Positions 18,855 through 28,543 of a stretch of DNA of 64,000 bases are shown in pieces. Within the stretch, counting starts at the first letter, position 1; every line of letters begins with the position of its first letter. The stretch lies in contig JAIETW010000001.1 of NCBI GenBank assembly GCA_019744845.1, forward strand, positions 354,859 through 418,858. Reading direction: 5' to 3'. The notes under the pieces were generated by a model, which was given only the letters and a program-made list of their open reading frames with translations, searched no databases and had not been told where the DNA came from. The translations under genes and the position numbers were made by a program. The DNA is from Patescibacteria group bacterium (GTDB taxonomy: Bacteria; Patescibacteriota; Minisyncoccia; Phycocordibacterales; Phycocordibacteraceae).

Positions 18855-20783
18855 CTAAGAAGGAAGTTCGTCGTCTTTGGTCTTTGGTGTAATACCGTTC
18901 AGCACAAGGAGTTTCTCAAACTCTTCGCGCTCAAGCGTCTCTACTTCCACCAATTTCTCGCTCATCATATCAAGCGCCTTGCGGTGCTTCACGAGTACGT
19001 CGCGCGCTTTCTCCTTTGCTTCGTCAATGATGCGTGCCACTTCTCCATCAATCTTGGAAGCGACATCCTGGGAGTAGGCAACTTCTCCTGTGCGATCGTT
19101 TGCAAAGGCAACAGGACCGAGCTTATCGCTCATGCCATAGCGAGACACCATGTCGCGTGCAAGCGCGGTCGCCACTGAGAGATCGTTGTGTGGCCCAGTG
19201 GTGATGTCATCAAACACCATCTCTTCTGCGACATACCCTCCAAGTGTTCCTGCAATGTCATCAAGGAACTGCTTCTTGGACTGCATCTTCTTATCTTCAA
19301 ATGGAAGCTTAAGGGTGTACCCTGCAGCGCGGCCACGACTGATAATAGACACCTTATGCACTGGATCCGCGTACGGAAGGATAGAACCAACCAATGCATG
19401 TCCCATCTCATGGTATGCAGTGACACGCTTCTCACGTACGGAAAGCAAATGGCTCTTGCGTTCAGGACCAAGCATCACCTTTTCAATGGAGCGAATGAGA
19501 TCGTACTGAGTAATTTCTTTACGAGTCTCGCGTGCCGCAAGAATGGCGCCCTCGTTCATAAGTGAGTAGAGCTCTGCACCGGAAAAGCCTGGAGTGCGCT
19601 CTGCAATCACTTCAAGATTCACATCTGCACCAAGTGGCTTCTTACGTGCATGGGTCTTCAAGATCTCTACACGATCTTTACGATCAGGAAGGTCAATGGT
19701 GACACGACGGTCAAAGCGTCCAGGGCGAAGGAGGGCAGGGTCAAGCACGTCTGGGCGGTTCGTCGCCGCCATGACAATCACCTTCTCGGTTGGCTCAAAG
19801 CCGTCCATCTCCACAAGGATCTGGTTTAGGGTCTGCTCACGCTCATCATTCCCTCCTCCAGTGCCAGTACCACGTACACGACCGACGGCATCAATTTCAT
19901 CTACGAAAATAATCGCTGGCGCAGAGCGCTTCGCAAGCTGGAAGAGATCACGTACACGGGACGCGCCCACTCCTACAAACATTTCTACGAACTCAGAGCC
20001 AGAAATGGAGAAGAACGGAACGCCTGCCTCTCCTGCGACTGCACGTGCGAGCAAAGTCTTTCCGGTACCAGGAGCCCCCATGAGCAAAATACCTTTTGGA
20101 ATACGTGCACCAATATCAAGGAACTTCTTTGGGTTCTTAAGGAAGTCCACAATCTCTAGAAGCTCTTCCTTTGCTTCTTTGGCACCTGCGACATCAGCAA
20201 AGGTGACGCGCTGATTCTGATCTGAGGGATCAATCATGCGTGCCTTGCTCTGACCAAAGGTGAATGCCTGCATACCGGCACCCTTCACCTGACGTGCAAG
20301 GAACCAGAAGAGCACGGCAAGGAAGAGAATTGGAATTGCAATAGGAAGAAGCGTGACGAGCCAGAAGCGCCAGCCGGTTTCTCCAGTAACGGTAATAGCG
20401 ACTGCAGACATCTCTTGCGGTGCGACGCCATATGCCGCAAGTGTCTCTGGAAGACCCGCCTCAGGACTCTTCATTGACTCCTTCTCTGTTCCATCAGCGT
20501 AGGTAATAGTAAGAGTGTCGCCTGCAACGGTGATTCCTGTCACCAGCCCTGCCTTCACGTCGTTTGCGACCTGAGAAAGCGCAATTTCCTTATCTTCCTG
20601 ATTGGATCCAGTGATGAGTGAGTAGATACTCATCAAAATAAGGAACACCAAAATCGTGGAAAGGAGATTCCCCGCAAAACTTGGGCGTCCACTGGACGGC
20701 AAAAGACCCTTCCCTCCCTTCATGCGAGGAGTGGTCTTCCGTCCTTTCTTTCCGGACGGCGTTGGTTTACCCTGAGGCGCCAT
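18855..20783 (-). CDS. ftsH: ATP-dependent zinc metalloprotease FtsH
   Basis: Two TMs, [21 protein letters not shown]; start moved to ATG 20783. Confidence 0.96.
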   Translation of the reverse strand: MAPQGKPTPSGKKGRKTTPRMKGGKGLLPSSGRPSFAGNLLSTILVFLILMSIYSLITGSNQEDKEIALSQVANDVKAGLVTGITVAGDTLTITYADGTEKESMKSPEAGLPETLAAYGVAPQEMSAVAITVTGETGWRFWLVTLLPIAIPILFLAVLFWFLARQVKGAGMQAFTFGQSKARMIDPSDQNQRVTFADVAGAKEAKEELLEIVDFLKNPKKFLDIGARIPKGILLMGAPGTGKTLLARAVAGEAGVPFFSISGSEFVEMFVGVGASRVRDLFQLAKRSAPAIIFVDEIDAVGRVRGTGTGGGNDEREQTLNQILVEMDGFEPTEKVIVMAATNRPDVLDPALLRPGRFDRRVTIDLPDRKDRVEILKTHARKKPLGADVNLEVIAERTPGFSGAELYSLMNEGAILAARETRKEITQYDLIRSIEKVMLGPERKSHLLSVREKRVTAYHEMGHALVGSILPYADPVHKVSIISRGRAAGYTLKLPFEDKKMQSKKQFLDDIAGTLGGYVAEEMVFDDITTGPHNDLSVATALARDMVSRYGMSDKLGPVAFANDRTGEVAYSQDVASKIDGEVARIIDEAKEKARDVLVKHRKALDMMSEKLVEVETLEREEFEKLLVLNGITPKTKDDELPS

Positions 20784-20817
20784 AGTAAAAGACACTATAC
20801 AATAGAGGGAGTCGTTT

Positions 20818-21270
20818 ATGAAACAAGACACGCTGCTTATAGAGAACAAGAAGGCACGAATGCGCTTTACCGTCCTTGAGACTTTCTCAGCCGGTATAGA
20901 ACTTTCTGGTGCCGAAGCAAAGTCCCTTCGTAGTAAGCAGGGGTCTCTTGATGGTGCGCGCGTGATCGTACGTGGCGGAGAGGCATACCTAGTCGGTATG
21001 ACCATTCCTCCCTACCAAACAGGCAACACGCCAGTGAGCTATGACCCTGAACGGACGCGCCGGCTCCTCCTCACCAAGAAAGAAATTGCCGAGATGTCTG
21101 ATATTGAATCCATGAAGGGCTTGACAATTGTGCCAATTGATGTTTATAATAATAGGTACATTAAAGTCCGCGTCGCGATTGTGCGCGGCAAAGGCAAGGC
21201 TGACAGACGTGAGGATCTCAAACGTCAGGAAGCAAAGAAGGATATCGCCCGCGCACTCAAGCGCCGCTAG
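20818..21270 (+). CDS. smpB: SsrA-binding protein
   Basis: NKKA, AGIEL.G.E.KSLR, RRLLL, GK...DRRE; adjacent to tmRNA. Confidence 0.95.
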   Translation: MKQDTLLIENKKARMRFTVLETFSAGIELSGAEAKSLRSKQGSLDGARVIVRGGEAYLVGMTIPPYQTGNTPVSYDPERTRRLLLTKKEIAEMSDIESMKGLTIVPIDVYNNRYIKVRVAIVRGKGKADRREDLKRQEAKKDIARALKRR

Positions 21271-21310
21271 GAAACTCCCGGAAAGTGCGTTCTGGTAGAA
21301 TGCTTTCTCC

Positions 21311-21714
21311 GGGGGTGACCGGCTTTGACGGTCTGCTCTTTGACACACGTGCGACGCGGTGGAAGTTTGTTGACCACCTTAATCTCGCAAACAACCAAAC
21401 TTGCCAAGAACACTCTTGCAAGCGTGAAGTCACCATTTACTATGGCTGACTTCCCGTTCGCTTACGCGCGCGCTTAACTGCGTCTTCGCCTAAGCGACAT
21501 CTGACTGGCTCAGTTCTCGTAGTGTCCAGTTCAGGTGGAATCATCTATGAGATCGGTGCGCGTCCTCCCGAGCGCGTTTCCTAAATAAGGGATCAGGTAG
21601 GAGTGGTTTCGTTCTGATTCCTCGCACCCTACCCTAGTACGTAATCAGAACTATGCGTCGTAGATTCGTTGTTTAAGACAGATTCGGACGGGAGTTCAAC
21701 TCTCCCCACCTCCA
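21311..21714 (+). ncRNA. ssrA: tmRNA; tag frame 21403-21477 encodes AKNTLASVKSPFTMADFPFAYARA
   Basis: GGGGGTG/CACCTCC-A acceptor stem with G3:U70, GGAGTTCAACTCTCC T-arm, TAGAAT -10 box upstream, next to smpB. Confidence 0.93.
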
Positions 21715-21749
21715 CAGAACAGAAAACCGCCCATGAGGCGGTTTTCTAA

Positions 21750-22469
21750 TCACTTCTTGGCAACGTAGCTGGCTTCCAGTTGGTATCGATATACGCGCTT
21801 AATATCTCGAAACCCGAGTGCTTCTAGATCTTTGATATATTCTCTTTCATATAAAATAACTTCCGGCTTCTCGTCTTCGTAGTAATGCGTAGTCCACCTT
21901 TCTTTTAAATCTGACCTTCCTTCGGTGTCGAAAATATCAAATCGTTTTATTTGCCACTCAAGAGCTGCTTGATGTTCCGATTCATTATCTGAAGCGTATT
22001 TATCGACATTGATAAACAGACCGTCGGGCTTCAAGACACGGAAGATTTCTGCATAGACCTCCTTTCGATATTCATTTGGACAGTTGTGCAGTACAAGCGC
22101 CGATAGAACTGCATCGAGAGAGCCAGCTGGCTGTTCTTGTAGACATTCAAGTGCATCTGCATGCACAAACTCTACTCTACTTTCTTGTTTGTTTTTAAAG
22201 CGATATTTAGCTTGTTCAACTATAGATTCGACATTATCGAGAGCAAGCAGAGATATTCGCTTATCTGCGTCAAGGATAATATCGCTTGTTAAGCCGGTGC
22301 CGCAGCCAATCTCAAGCATCGCGAGGCTTTGTGTATTTGAACCTCTAAAGTGGCTTTGAATTGCTATAGCTATCGTTTGTTGCGCCTCATCATAATGTGG
22401 AGCTGCTAAGCGAAAGATCCTATCCTCTTCCACATCTGCGCTATAACGAGCTGCGATATCTGAACTCAT
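21750..22469 (-). CDS. Class I SAM-dependent methyltransferase
   Basis: LEIGCGTG, LVLHN, LKPDG. Confidence 0.88.
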   Translation of the reverse strand: MSSDIAARYSADVEEDRIFRLAAPHYDEAQQTIAIAIQSHFRGSNTQSLAMLEIGCGTGLTSDIILDADKRISLLALDNVESIVEQAKYRFKNKQESRVEFVHADALECLQEQPAGSLDAVLSALVLHNCPNEYRKEVYAEIFRVLKPDGLFINVDKYASDNESEHQAALEWQIKRFDIFDTEGRSDLKERWTTHYYEDEKPEVILYEREYIKDLEALGFRDIKRVYRYQLEASYVAKK

Positions 22470-23191
22470 AGGATTGGGGCGAATTCGTAGATAAGATCTT
22501 TTATTTGAGCTTCCTTACCCGGCTCAAGAGGACGATCCATTTCCCGTACTAATTTTAGTGCATATCCATTGTCCTTCGCTATTTCAGCAATGGTCGGCAG
22601 GTCAGCACTATCCCCTGTTCCTAAGAGCAACTTCCCTTCAGACGTTAGGTGGTCGTGTGCGCCCGCTACATACGCCCGCAGGCTTTCGTACCCCTGGTCG
22701 AGCCCTGAACGCAAAAGCATGTCGTCTGCTGGAACGTCCCAGTTATTGAATGGATGAGCCCAGAATATAAAGTCGAACTTTTCGCCAGCTTTAAGTGCAT
22801 TGTAGACATCACCTTCTCGTACCGAGACATCCAACTTGTGTCGCTCAGCATTTGTCTGTGCATTTTTTACGGCATCTGGATTAATGTCCGTAGCCACTAC
22901 TTGGGCACCGTTCATAGCACAAAAGACTGCTATCACTCCAGTACCAGTTCCTACTTCGAGTAGTGACTTATTTCCTACAATCTCCTGCAGAGCGTTTGCA
23001 TACCAGAGGCTGTCATCAAAAAACTCAGGAGCATATACGTTTGGAAATACCGTGAGGGGTATCCCTCCGTACTCAATCTCATACGGTTTATCTGCCTTTG
23101 CTCGCATGCGAGCGTAGATATCGTATATCTGCTGTCGCCAACCTTCGCGCTCAGTAGGAGTAAATATACGCGTTGGCACTTCCTTACTCAT
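22466..23191 (-). CDS. HemK/MTS-like SAM-dependent methyltransferase
   Basis: VFPNVYAP, LEVGTGTG, DINPDA, FDFIFWAHPF in place of NPPY. Confidence 0.85.
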   Translation of the reverse strand: MSKEVPTRIFTPTEREGWRQQIYDIYARMRAKADKPYEIEYGGIPLTVFPNVYAPEFFDDSLWYANALQEIVGNKSLLEVGTGTGVIAVFCAMNGAQVVATDINPDAVKNAQTNAERHKLDVSVREGDVYNALKAGEKFDFIFWAHPFNNWDVPADDMLLRSGLDQGYESLRAYVAGAHDHLTSEGKLLLGTGDSADLPTIAEIAKDNGYALKLVREMDRPLEPGKEAQIKDLIYEFAPIL

Positions 23192-23318
23192 GAGGATATT
23201 TTACTCTATTCCCATGCATCTACTACTTTGAGGAAATGCAGGTCTCTGCACTCTAATAGCGAGGTTCTAACTTCAGATAGCCACCTCCACAGAAACAAAA
23301 ACCGCCCTCAAGGCGGTT

Positions 23319-23693
23319 TTACTTCTTCGCAAGCGCAATCACCTTCTCCACCACTTGCTTCGGATCAAAGTCGCTCTTGATCACATAGTCCGCCGCACCA
23401 AGGGAAAGTCCCTTACGCTTGTTCTCATCCCCTGAGAGATTCGTAAGGAGCATCACTGGAATATCTTTGAGCTCAGGATTCTTCTTCACCTCTTCAAGTA
23501 CTTCAAAACCGCTCTTCTTCGGCATCATGATATCAAGCACAATCACTGCCGGCTTCGGATTCATGCTCGCAAGCTTAGTGAGCGCTTCTTCCCCATCCTG
23601 CGCTACTTCAAGAGTGTGCCCGCCGAGCGTAAATACCCGCTCGTACATACGGTACATGAACTTATCGTCTTCCGCGATAAAGAAGTGAGCCAT
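23319..23693 (-). CDS. Single-domain response regulator
   Basis: AEDD, LDIMMP, LTN, YVIK. Confidence 0.92.
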   Translation of the reverse strand: MAHFFIAEDDKFMYRMYERVFTLGGHTLEVAQDGEEALTKLASMNPKPAVIVLDIMMPKKSGFEVLEEVKKNPELKDIPVMLLTNLSGDENKRKGLSLGAADYVIKSDFDPKQVVEKVIALAKK

Positions 23694-23705
23694 GCAAAAA
23701 GGATA

Positions 23706-25904
23706 TCACGTCACCGGAAGGGTGAAGGAGAAGGTACTGCCCCTCCCGAGCGTACTTTCCTCAAGTACGACCGCCCCACCCATCGCATTCATAAGGAGCT
23801 TGGAAATATAGAGGCCAAGGCCCGTGGACTGGGAATTATCGCGCGCAAGAAGATCTTCACTTGCTTGCTGAAACTTACGGAAGAGGTTTGCCTGATTCTG
23901 TTCAGAAATACCAATACCCGTATCCGTCACCTTTACCTTTACGCGCGTTCCATCGCTCTCCACCGCGATGGTCACCCCGCCCTGGTGTGTAAACTTGATA
24001 GCATTCCCAATCAGGTTCTCAAGCACCTCTTCCGTACGGTCACGATCACCCATCACGAGTGGAATGGGTGACGATTCAAAGGAAAGCGTAATGCCCTTCT
24101 GGCTCGCAAGCTCCGTAAGTGTGCGCACGACTTCAGAAATCACCTCGGAAAGATCAAACGGCTGACGTTGTATCTCTATCTTGCCTTGTTCAAGACGTGA
24201 AATCTGAAGGAAGTCGTTCACGATGGAAATCAAACGACCACTTGAGGCATTAATATCTTCAAGCATGCCACGCATCGCAGGGTCATTGAGTTTATCCTTA
24301 TACGTATCAAGGAGCAGGTCCGTGTTCCCACGAATGGCAGTCAGCGGAGTACGAAGTTCGTGCGAGGCAATGGAGAAGAATTCCTCACGACTACGCTGAA
24401 TTACCTTTGCTTCGGTAGTGTCCTCAATAAGGAGCACCAAGCCAATCACCGTTCCGGTCGCCTGAGGACTATCCGCTTCGGCAAAGATAGGCGCACACAG
24501 CACGCGAAGGAACATATTCCCATAAGAAATATCTGACTTCTCAGATGGCACCTGTCGCTCAAGCGAGTCATTACAGAACTTCATCAGATCAAAGGTGGCA
24601 CCAAATGCGTTCGCAATGTCTTGGATCTTTCCTGGCTCCTCACGCAATTTCATAATGCGTGAAAGGGATGGGTTTTTCAGAAGAATGCCACTATCCACGC
24701 CCGCAATCACGAATCCGAACGCAAGACTGTTAATAGACGCAAGAAGACGTGCTTTCTCTTCCGCAAGTTCTTTCGTACGTACCTTCACCATGTCCTCGGC
24801 CTTATCTTTCCCATGCTTCACCTCTTCAAGAAGCACCCGCGTCTTCTCACGCGATTCGGAAAGCCAGGAAAGCATCTGATTAATTTGGTCGGCAAGTTTT
24901 CCGAGCTCATCTTTGACGCCTCCCCGCACACGCATGGAGATATCCTGCACATCATTAATATGATCCACATCTTTTGCGAGCTTCACAAAACGCGTAATCA
25001 CCAGCCGCTCAAGTAAGAAGACGATCACCATCCCGAATAGGATCAGTGCCACAGCGCTCGTGGCCATAAACACATACAAAGTAACGACTCCCTGGGTATA
25101 AATAGGACGTGGAGTCTCCACTCGGACAATAAGTGCAGGCTCTCCGTCAACGCCCGCAAGGGTGGTGTAGCCCACAATGGCGTACGCAGACGTCGGTACA
25201 ATTACTTCCGTCGCTCCTGCTTCTATCTGACTGCGCGCATCACGAACCTCAGTTGGGAGCCCCGCAGACTCATACGCAAATGCCGTCACCTCAAGGTGTG
25301 TGATCTCTGCGATCTTTCTGATTTTTTGTTCATTCAAATACCGTGCAAAGGTAAGAGACCCAGTACTTGGCCCCTCGCCGAGACTAGTCTTGAGTGGGAG
25401 CGACACGACAATCGCCGGACCAGCAGGAAGAAGCGCAATTCCCTGCGTCGCATGGTCAAGGGACTCATGCATGATGAGTTCTGGGTGTTGATTAAAGTAC
25501 GCCTCCATCGTTGAAGAGGCGACTTCAATGCGCTCAGTAATGTCCACGACCATAATACGGAACACTTTCCCTTCCGTATCTGCCCAGACCATGGCATTGA
25601 TATCAAGGTTGGAAAGGCCGGTCGCGTAGATTGTTTCCTCCGCCCACGCTGGATCCATAGTGTCGGCAAACTCATACGCCTCATCCCATGACGCCCAATC
25701 CGAGAGCTTGATCATTTGCTGGCTCTCAAACTCTTTGATGGCGTCAGTGGCACGGCGGAGATCTTCCCGCATCGCTTCGTGCTCAATGGTGAGATAGCTT
25801 GAGAGAAGCACCTGTGTGGAGATGAAGTAGACCGCAAACGAAAGCGCGACGACGCTGGCGATAAGGGTAAGGAGAATTTTTGACCGGACTGACAGGGGCT
25901 TCAT
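23706..25904 (-). CDS. CHASE4-HAMP-PAS sensor histidine kinase
   Basis: DWASWDEAY (CHASE4), DELG (HAMP), SHELRTPL, NAIKF, GLGL. Confidence 0.92.
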   Translation of the reverse strand: MKPLSVRSKILLTLIASVVALSFAVYFISTQVLLSSYLTIEHEAMREDLRRATDAIKEFESQQMIKLSDWASWDEAYEFADTMDPAWAEETIYATGLSNLDINAMVWADTEGKVFRIMVVDITERIEVASSTMEAYFNQHPELIMHESLDHATQGIALLPAGPAIVVSLPLKTSLGEGPSTGSLTFARYLNEQKIRKIAEITHLEVTAFAYESAGLPTEVRDARSQIEAGATEVIVPTSAYAIVGYTTLAGVDGEPALIVRVETPRPIYTQGVVTLYVFMATSAVALILFGMVIVFLLERLVITRFVKLAKDVDHINDVQDISMRVRGGVKDELGKLADQINQMLSWLSESREKTRVLLEEVKHGKDKAEDMVKVRTKELAEEKARLLASINSLAFGFVIAGVDSGILLKNPSLSRIMKLREEPGKIQDIANAFGATFDLMKFCNDSLERQVPSEKSDISYGNMFLRVLCAPIFAEADSPQATGTVIGLVLLIEDTTEAKVIQRSREEFFSIASHELRTPLTAIRGNTDLLLDTYKDKLNDPAMRGMLEDINASSGRLISIVNDFLQISRLEQGKIEIQRQPFDLSEVISEVVRTLTELASQKGITLSFESSPIPLVMGDRDRTEEVLENLIGNAIKFTHQGGVTIAVESDGTRVKVKVTDTGIGISEQNQANLFRKFQQASEDLLARDNSQSTGLGLYISKLLMNAMGGAVVLEESTLGRGSTFSFTLPVT

Positions 25905-26033
25905 ATGAGGAAAGTACTGGTACTGATTGTACCTCTTTATATACATCCCAAACGCAGGGTTTCCCCATCCTCATGAATCCTTCATCCTTATTCATATACG
26001 GTACACCTGCACTTACTAAGTAACCGATACTGT

Positions 26034-26342
26034 ATGGATAGAAAGGAATCACAGACTGCGTGGATCATCGCTGGCGTACTTGCTGTGCTGTTGGTGATTG
26101 CAGTCGTATTTTGGATGAACACCCAGAAGGATCTTGATGCGGTACTCTCGGAAGGACAGGAAGACATCACCGTTATACGCGATCGTATTGCGGTTGACTG
26201 TCGTGCCATCGATACTGCAAGTCAGGAACGCTGTCAGGATCATCTAGAAGATCTCGCCGACATTCTGACTGAGTTTAGTGAAGACGTGGAAGAAACGAAG
26301 GACCAGGCAACCACTACGGAAGAAGATCCAAAGATGCAATAA
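26034..26342 (+). CDS. Small membrane-anchored acidic protein
   Basis: TM helix, Cys pair, followed by a terminator. Confidence 0.65.
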   Translation: MDRKESQTAWIIAGVLAVLLVIAVVFWMNTQKDLDAVLSEGQEDITVIRDRIAVDCRAIDTASQERCQDHLEDLADILTEFSEDVEETKDQATTTEEDPKMQ

Positions 26343-26343
26343 C

Positions 26344-26369
26344 AAAAGCCCCCAGTCGGGGGCTTTTTT
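26344..26369. terminator. Bidirectional intrinsic terminator
   Basis: AAAAGCCCCC-AGTC-GGGGGCTTTTTT between convergent genes. Confidence 0.9.
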
Positions 26370-27732
26370 ACTGAACAGTGGAGGATGTCGGTTGCTCGGG
26401 GAGTGCGCTTTGTTTCCCGTGCCATTTTCCAACTCGCTCTGCATACACAAGCGTGTTCGTCATCTGTTTATACCGTGTCGCAAACTTTCTGAGAGTGTTG
26501 AGCACTAAGGCATGCGCTTCTTTGTCATATGTCTCCGACGCAGAGTCGCTATCTGAGATGAGCATTTCCATCTGAGTCACGACTTCATCTGGGAGGCCAC
26601 TCCACACACTACTCTCTGCAAGGGTGAGGGAGACTTCCCCTCGGGTCGTCCCAATCAGTTCGTTTTTGAATGAACGCTTCTTGAGCACATCTATGGCAGC
26701 ATTAATAGATTGATGCACCTTGGTTGCCTCTTTCACATCAGTGGTGACCATGTTGTCGTAGTGTTCCCTACCCTGACGTGCCACCAGTGACGTACGCTCA
26801 TGTGATCTAAATCGTGTGAGTTTACGAAGAGGACTCTGCATACGACGTAGTATTGCAGAAAGTTTCCTCTTCTCGCTCGTGAGCTTAGTAAACACTTCAG
26901 GAATATTTTTTGGTGCCCCTTTCTCGGAAAGAAGCTTCAGTTTTGTTGAAATATTGGAAGGGAACCCAGATGCACCATTTTTCCGCGCTGCCTCTGCGTC
27001 TATCGCATACTGTTGCTTCAATTCATCGTAGTCTTTTATGCACGTTCCCATTTCCTCCATGAACTCCTCAAGTCTTTCTGAAAGATCACGAATCACTTGA
27101 ATATCTATCACTTTTGTAGGATCTGCCTCTAGCCCCTTCATCACCTCATCAATATCTTCTACGAGTTCTTGAAATGAATCACCTAAGATATCCAGTGACA
27201 ACTTGAATATTTCTACGTCTCCCGCCACGTCAGTAGACGGAGCCTTGAAGAGGAAGAGAGTCTCCATCATGTGCTCAATTGGAAATGCGCGCTGCGCATC
27301 ATCTTTCCAGTGACTGAGGGCGGCGATAAGTTGCGGGCGAAGCTTGCTCCATCGCTCATCATGAATTTCCCGTCCCTGCTTTAAGGAGAAAAAAGCCGCC
27401 GTAGGAGTCTGGAGCTTCAACGCTTCAATTGCCTTCCCTGAGTGCAGACGTTCGGCAGTCAGAAGACGCTCACGAGCCTTTTTGCTGAACTGGTGTTCAA
27501 AGTCTTTCCGCGCGGTGGTGAACTTAATATCAAGGTTCGCCACCGAATCAAGAAGCTGCTTATACTCATCCTCCATATGTATAAAGATGAGCACTACCTT
27601 CTCGTGCGCAGTGAGCTTCCGTCCCTCCTCCCCCTCCATCCATCCCACCGCATAGGCTTCCTGTGCCGCACGAAACTCAGGAGTTCCAGGTTCTGGCCGT
27701 GTGGGGATACCTTCTGGACCTCTAAATTGCAT
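26368..27732 (-). CDS. Helical/coiled-coil orphan protein with GPE N-terminus
   Basis: 454-aa ORF, TAAAAT-6nt-ATG, no recognisable domain. Confidence 0.7.
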   Translation of the reverse strand: MQFRGPEGIPTRPEPGTPEFRAAQEAYAVGWMEGEEGRKLTAHEKVVLIFIHMEDEYKQLLDSVANLDIKFTTARKDFEHQFSKKARERLLTAERLHSGKAIEALKLQTPTAAFFSLKQGREIHDERWSKLRPQLIAALSHWKDDAQRAFPIEHMMETLFLFKAPSTDVAGDVEIFKLSLDILGDSFQELVEDIDEVMKGLEADPTKVIDIQVIRDLSERLEEFMEEMGTCIKDYDELKQQYAIDAEAARKNGASGFPSNISTKLKLLSEKGAPKNIPEVFTKLTSEKRKLSAILRRMQSPLRKLTRFRSHERTSLVARQGREHYDNMVTTDVKEATKVHQSINAAIDVLKKRSFKNELIGTTRGEVSLTLAESSVWSGLPDEVVTQMEMLISDSDSASETYDKEAHALVLNTLRKFATRYKQMTNTLVYAERVGKWHGKQSALPEQPTSSTVQ

Positions 27733-27770
27733 AGAAGGATTTTATCATGTGAGTCAGGTATACTGCGCCT

Positions 27771-27892
27771 GAACGCTTATGCTACATAACGCGACCACGA
27801 TGACTTGGTCTGGCTTTACGGCCTAAGTCTCATACCGGCACCTGCCGGAACCTATGCGCCCCACGGCGTCTTATTCCTTCTATATATCCTTC
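27771..27892 (+). promoter_or_regulatory. Structured leader, candidate riboswitch
   Basis: TATACT at 27759-27764 followed by four hairpins before the yhhQ-like gene. Confidence 0.45.
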
Positions 27893-28543
27893 ATGCCTCA
27901 GCTCTCAGAATCAGCCTTCCGGAAACTGTTGATCGCCCTTGCGGTCTACATCACCGCACTTATCGCAAGCAATACGCTTGGTATCAAGATCATGCCGTTT
28001 TTGTTTGATTCTCACCTCTCAGTAGGAGTATTCATGTTCCCTATCGTCTTTCTTATGACCGACGTAGTGGGTGAGGTCTACGGAAAGAAGATTGCGAAGT
28101 TCTTCGTACTCTCCGGTATCGTCGCGACTCTTCTGTGGATTGGATTTACCTTCCTCGCGCTTGCGATGCCATGGTCACCGGACGGCTGGGCTATCGGAGA
28201 CTATGAAACCGTATTCGGCATGTCCCTGCGCATTGCGATTGCCTCAATTGTCGCATTTGCGATTGCCGAGTATCAGGACGTGATCTCATTCTTCTTCTTC
28301 AAGAAGACGATTGGCGAAGAAGGTTTTTGGCTTCGTTCAAACCTGTCCAACCTCTGGTCACAGTTCCTTGATACGGTCATCTTTATGCTGATCGCCTTCC
28401 TTGGTATCTACCCACTTCCAGTGCTGCTTTCCCTCATTGTGACCTGGTGGCTCTACAAGGTAGCAATGGGCTTCTTCTACACGCCGCTTGCGTACGTCGG
28501 TATAAAGCTCCTCAAAGAAAAAGATGGAAGTCAGACCAATTAA
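27893..28543 (+). CDS. yhhQ: Queuosine precursor transporter (YhhQ/VUT family)
   Basis: SN...K, FPIVFLMTDVVGEVYG, RIAIAS..AF, WLRSN.S...SQFLDT.IF. Confidence 0.88.
   Translation: MPQLSESAFRKLLIALAVYITALIASNTLGIKIMPFLFDSHLSVGVFMFPIVFLMTDVVGEVYGKKIAKFFVLSGIVATLLWIGFTFLALAMPWSPDGWAIGDYETVFGMSLRIAIASIVAFAIAEYQDVISFFFFKKTIGEEGFWLRSNLSNLWSQFLDTVIFMLIAFLGIYPLPVLLSLIVTWWLYKVAMGFFYTPLAYVGIKLLKEKDGSQTN

Larger units (their letters stand above)
21706..23320. mobile_element. Integrase-less islet at the tmRNA 3' end carrying two methyltransferases
   Basis: Direct repeat CCACCTCCACAGAA plus a similar AAAACCGCC..GGCGGTTTT terminator at 21706-21746 and 23281-23320; interior looks AT-richer. Confidence 0.7.

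Noticed and set aside
20784-21005. ORF-track N-terminal extension of FtsH (716 aa)
   Set aside because: It overlaps smpB on the opposite strand; ATG 20783 gives a normal FtsH
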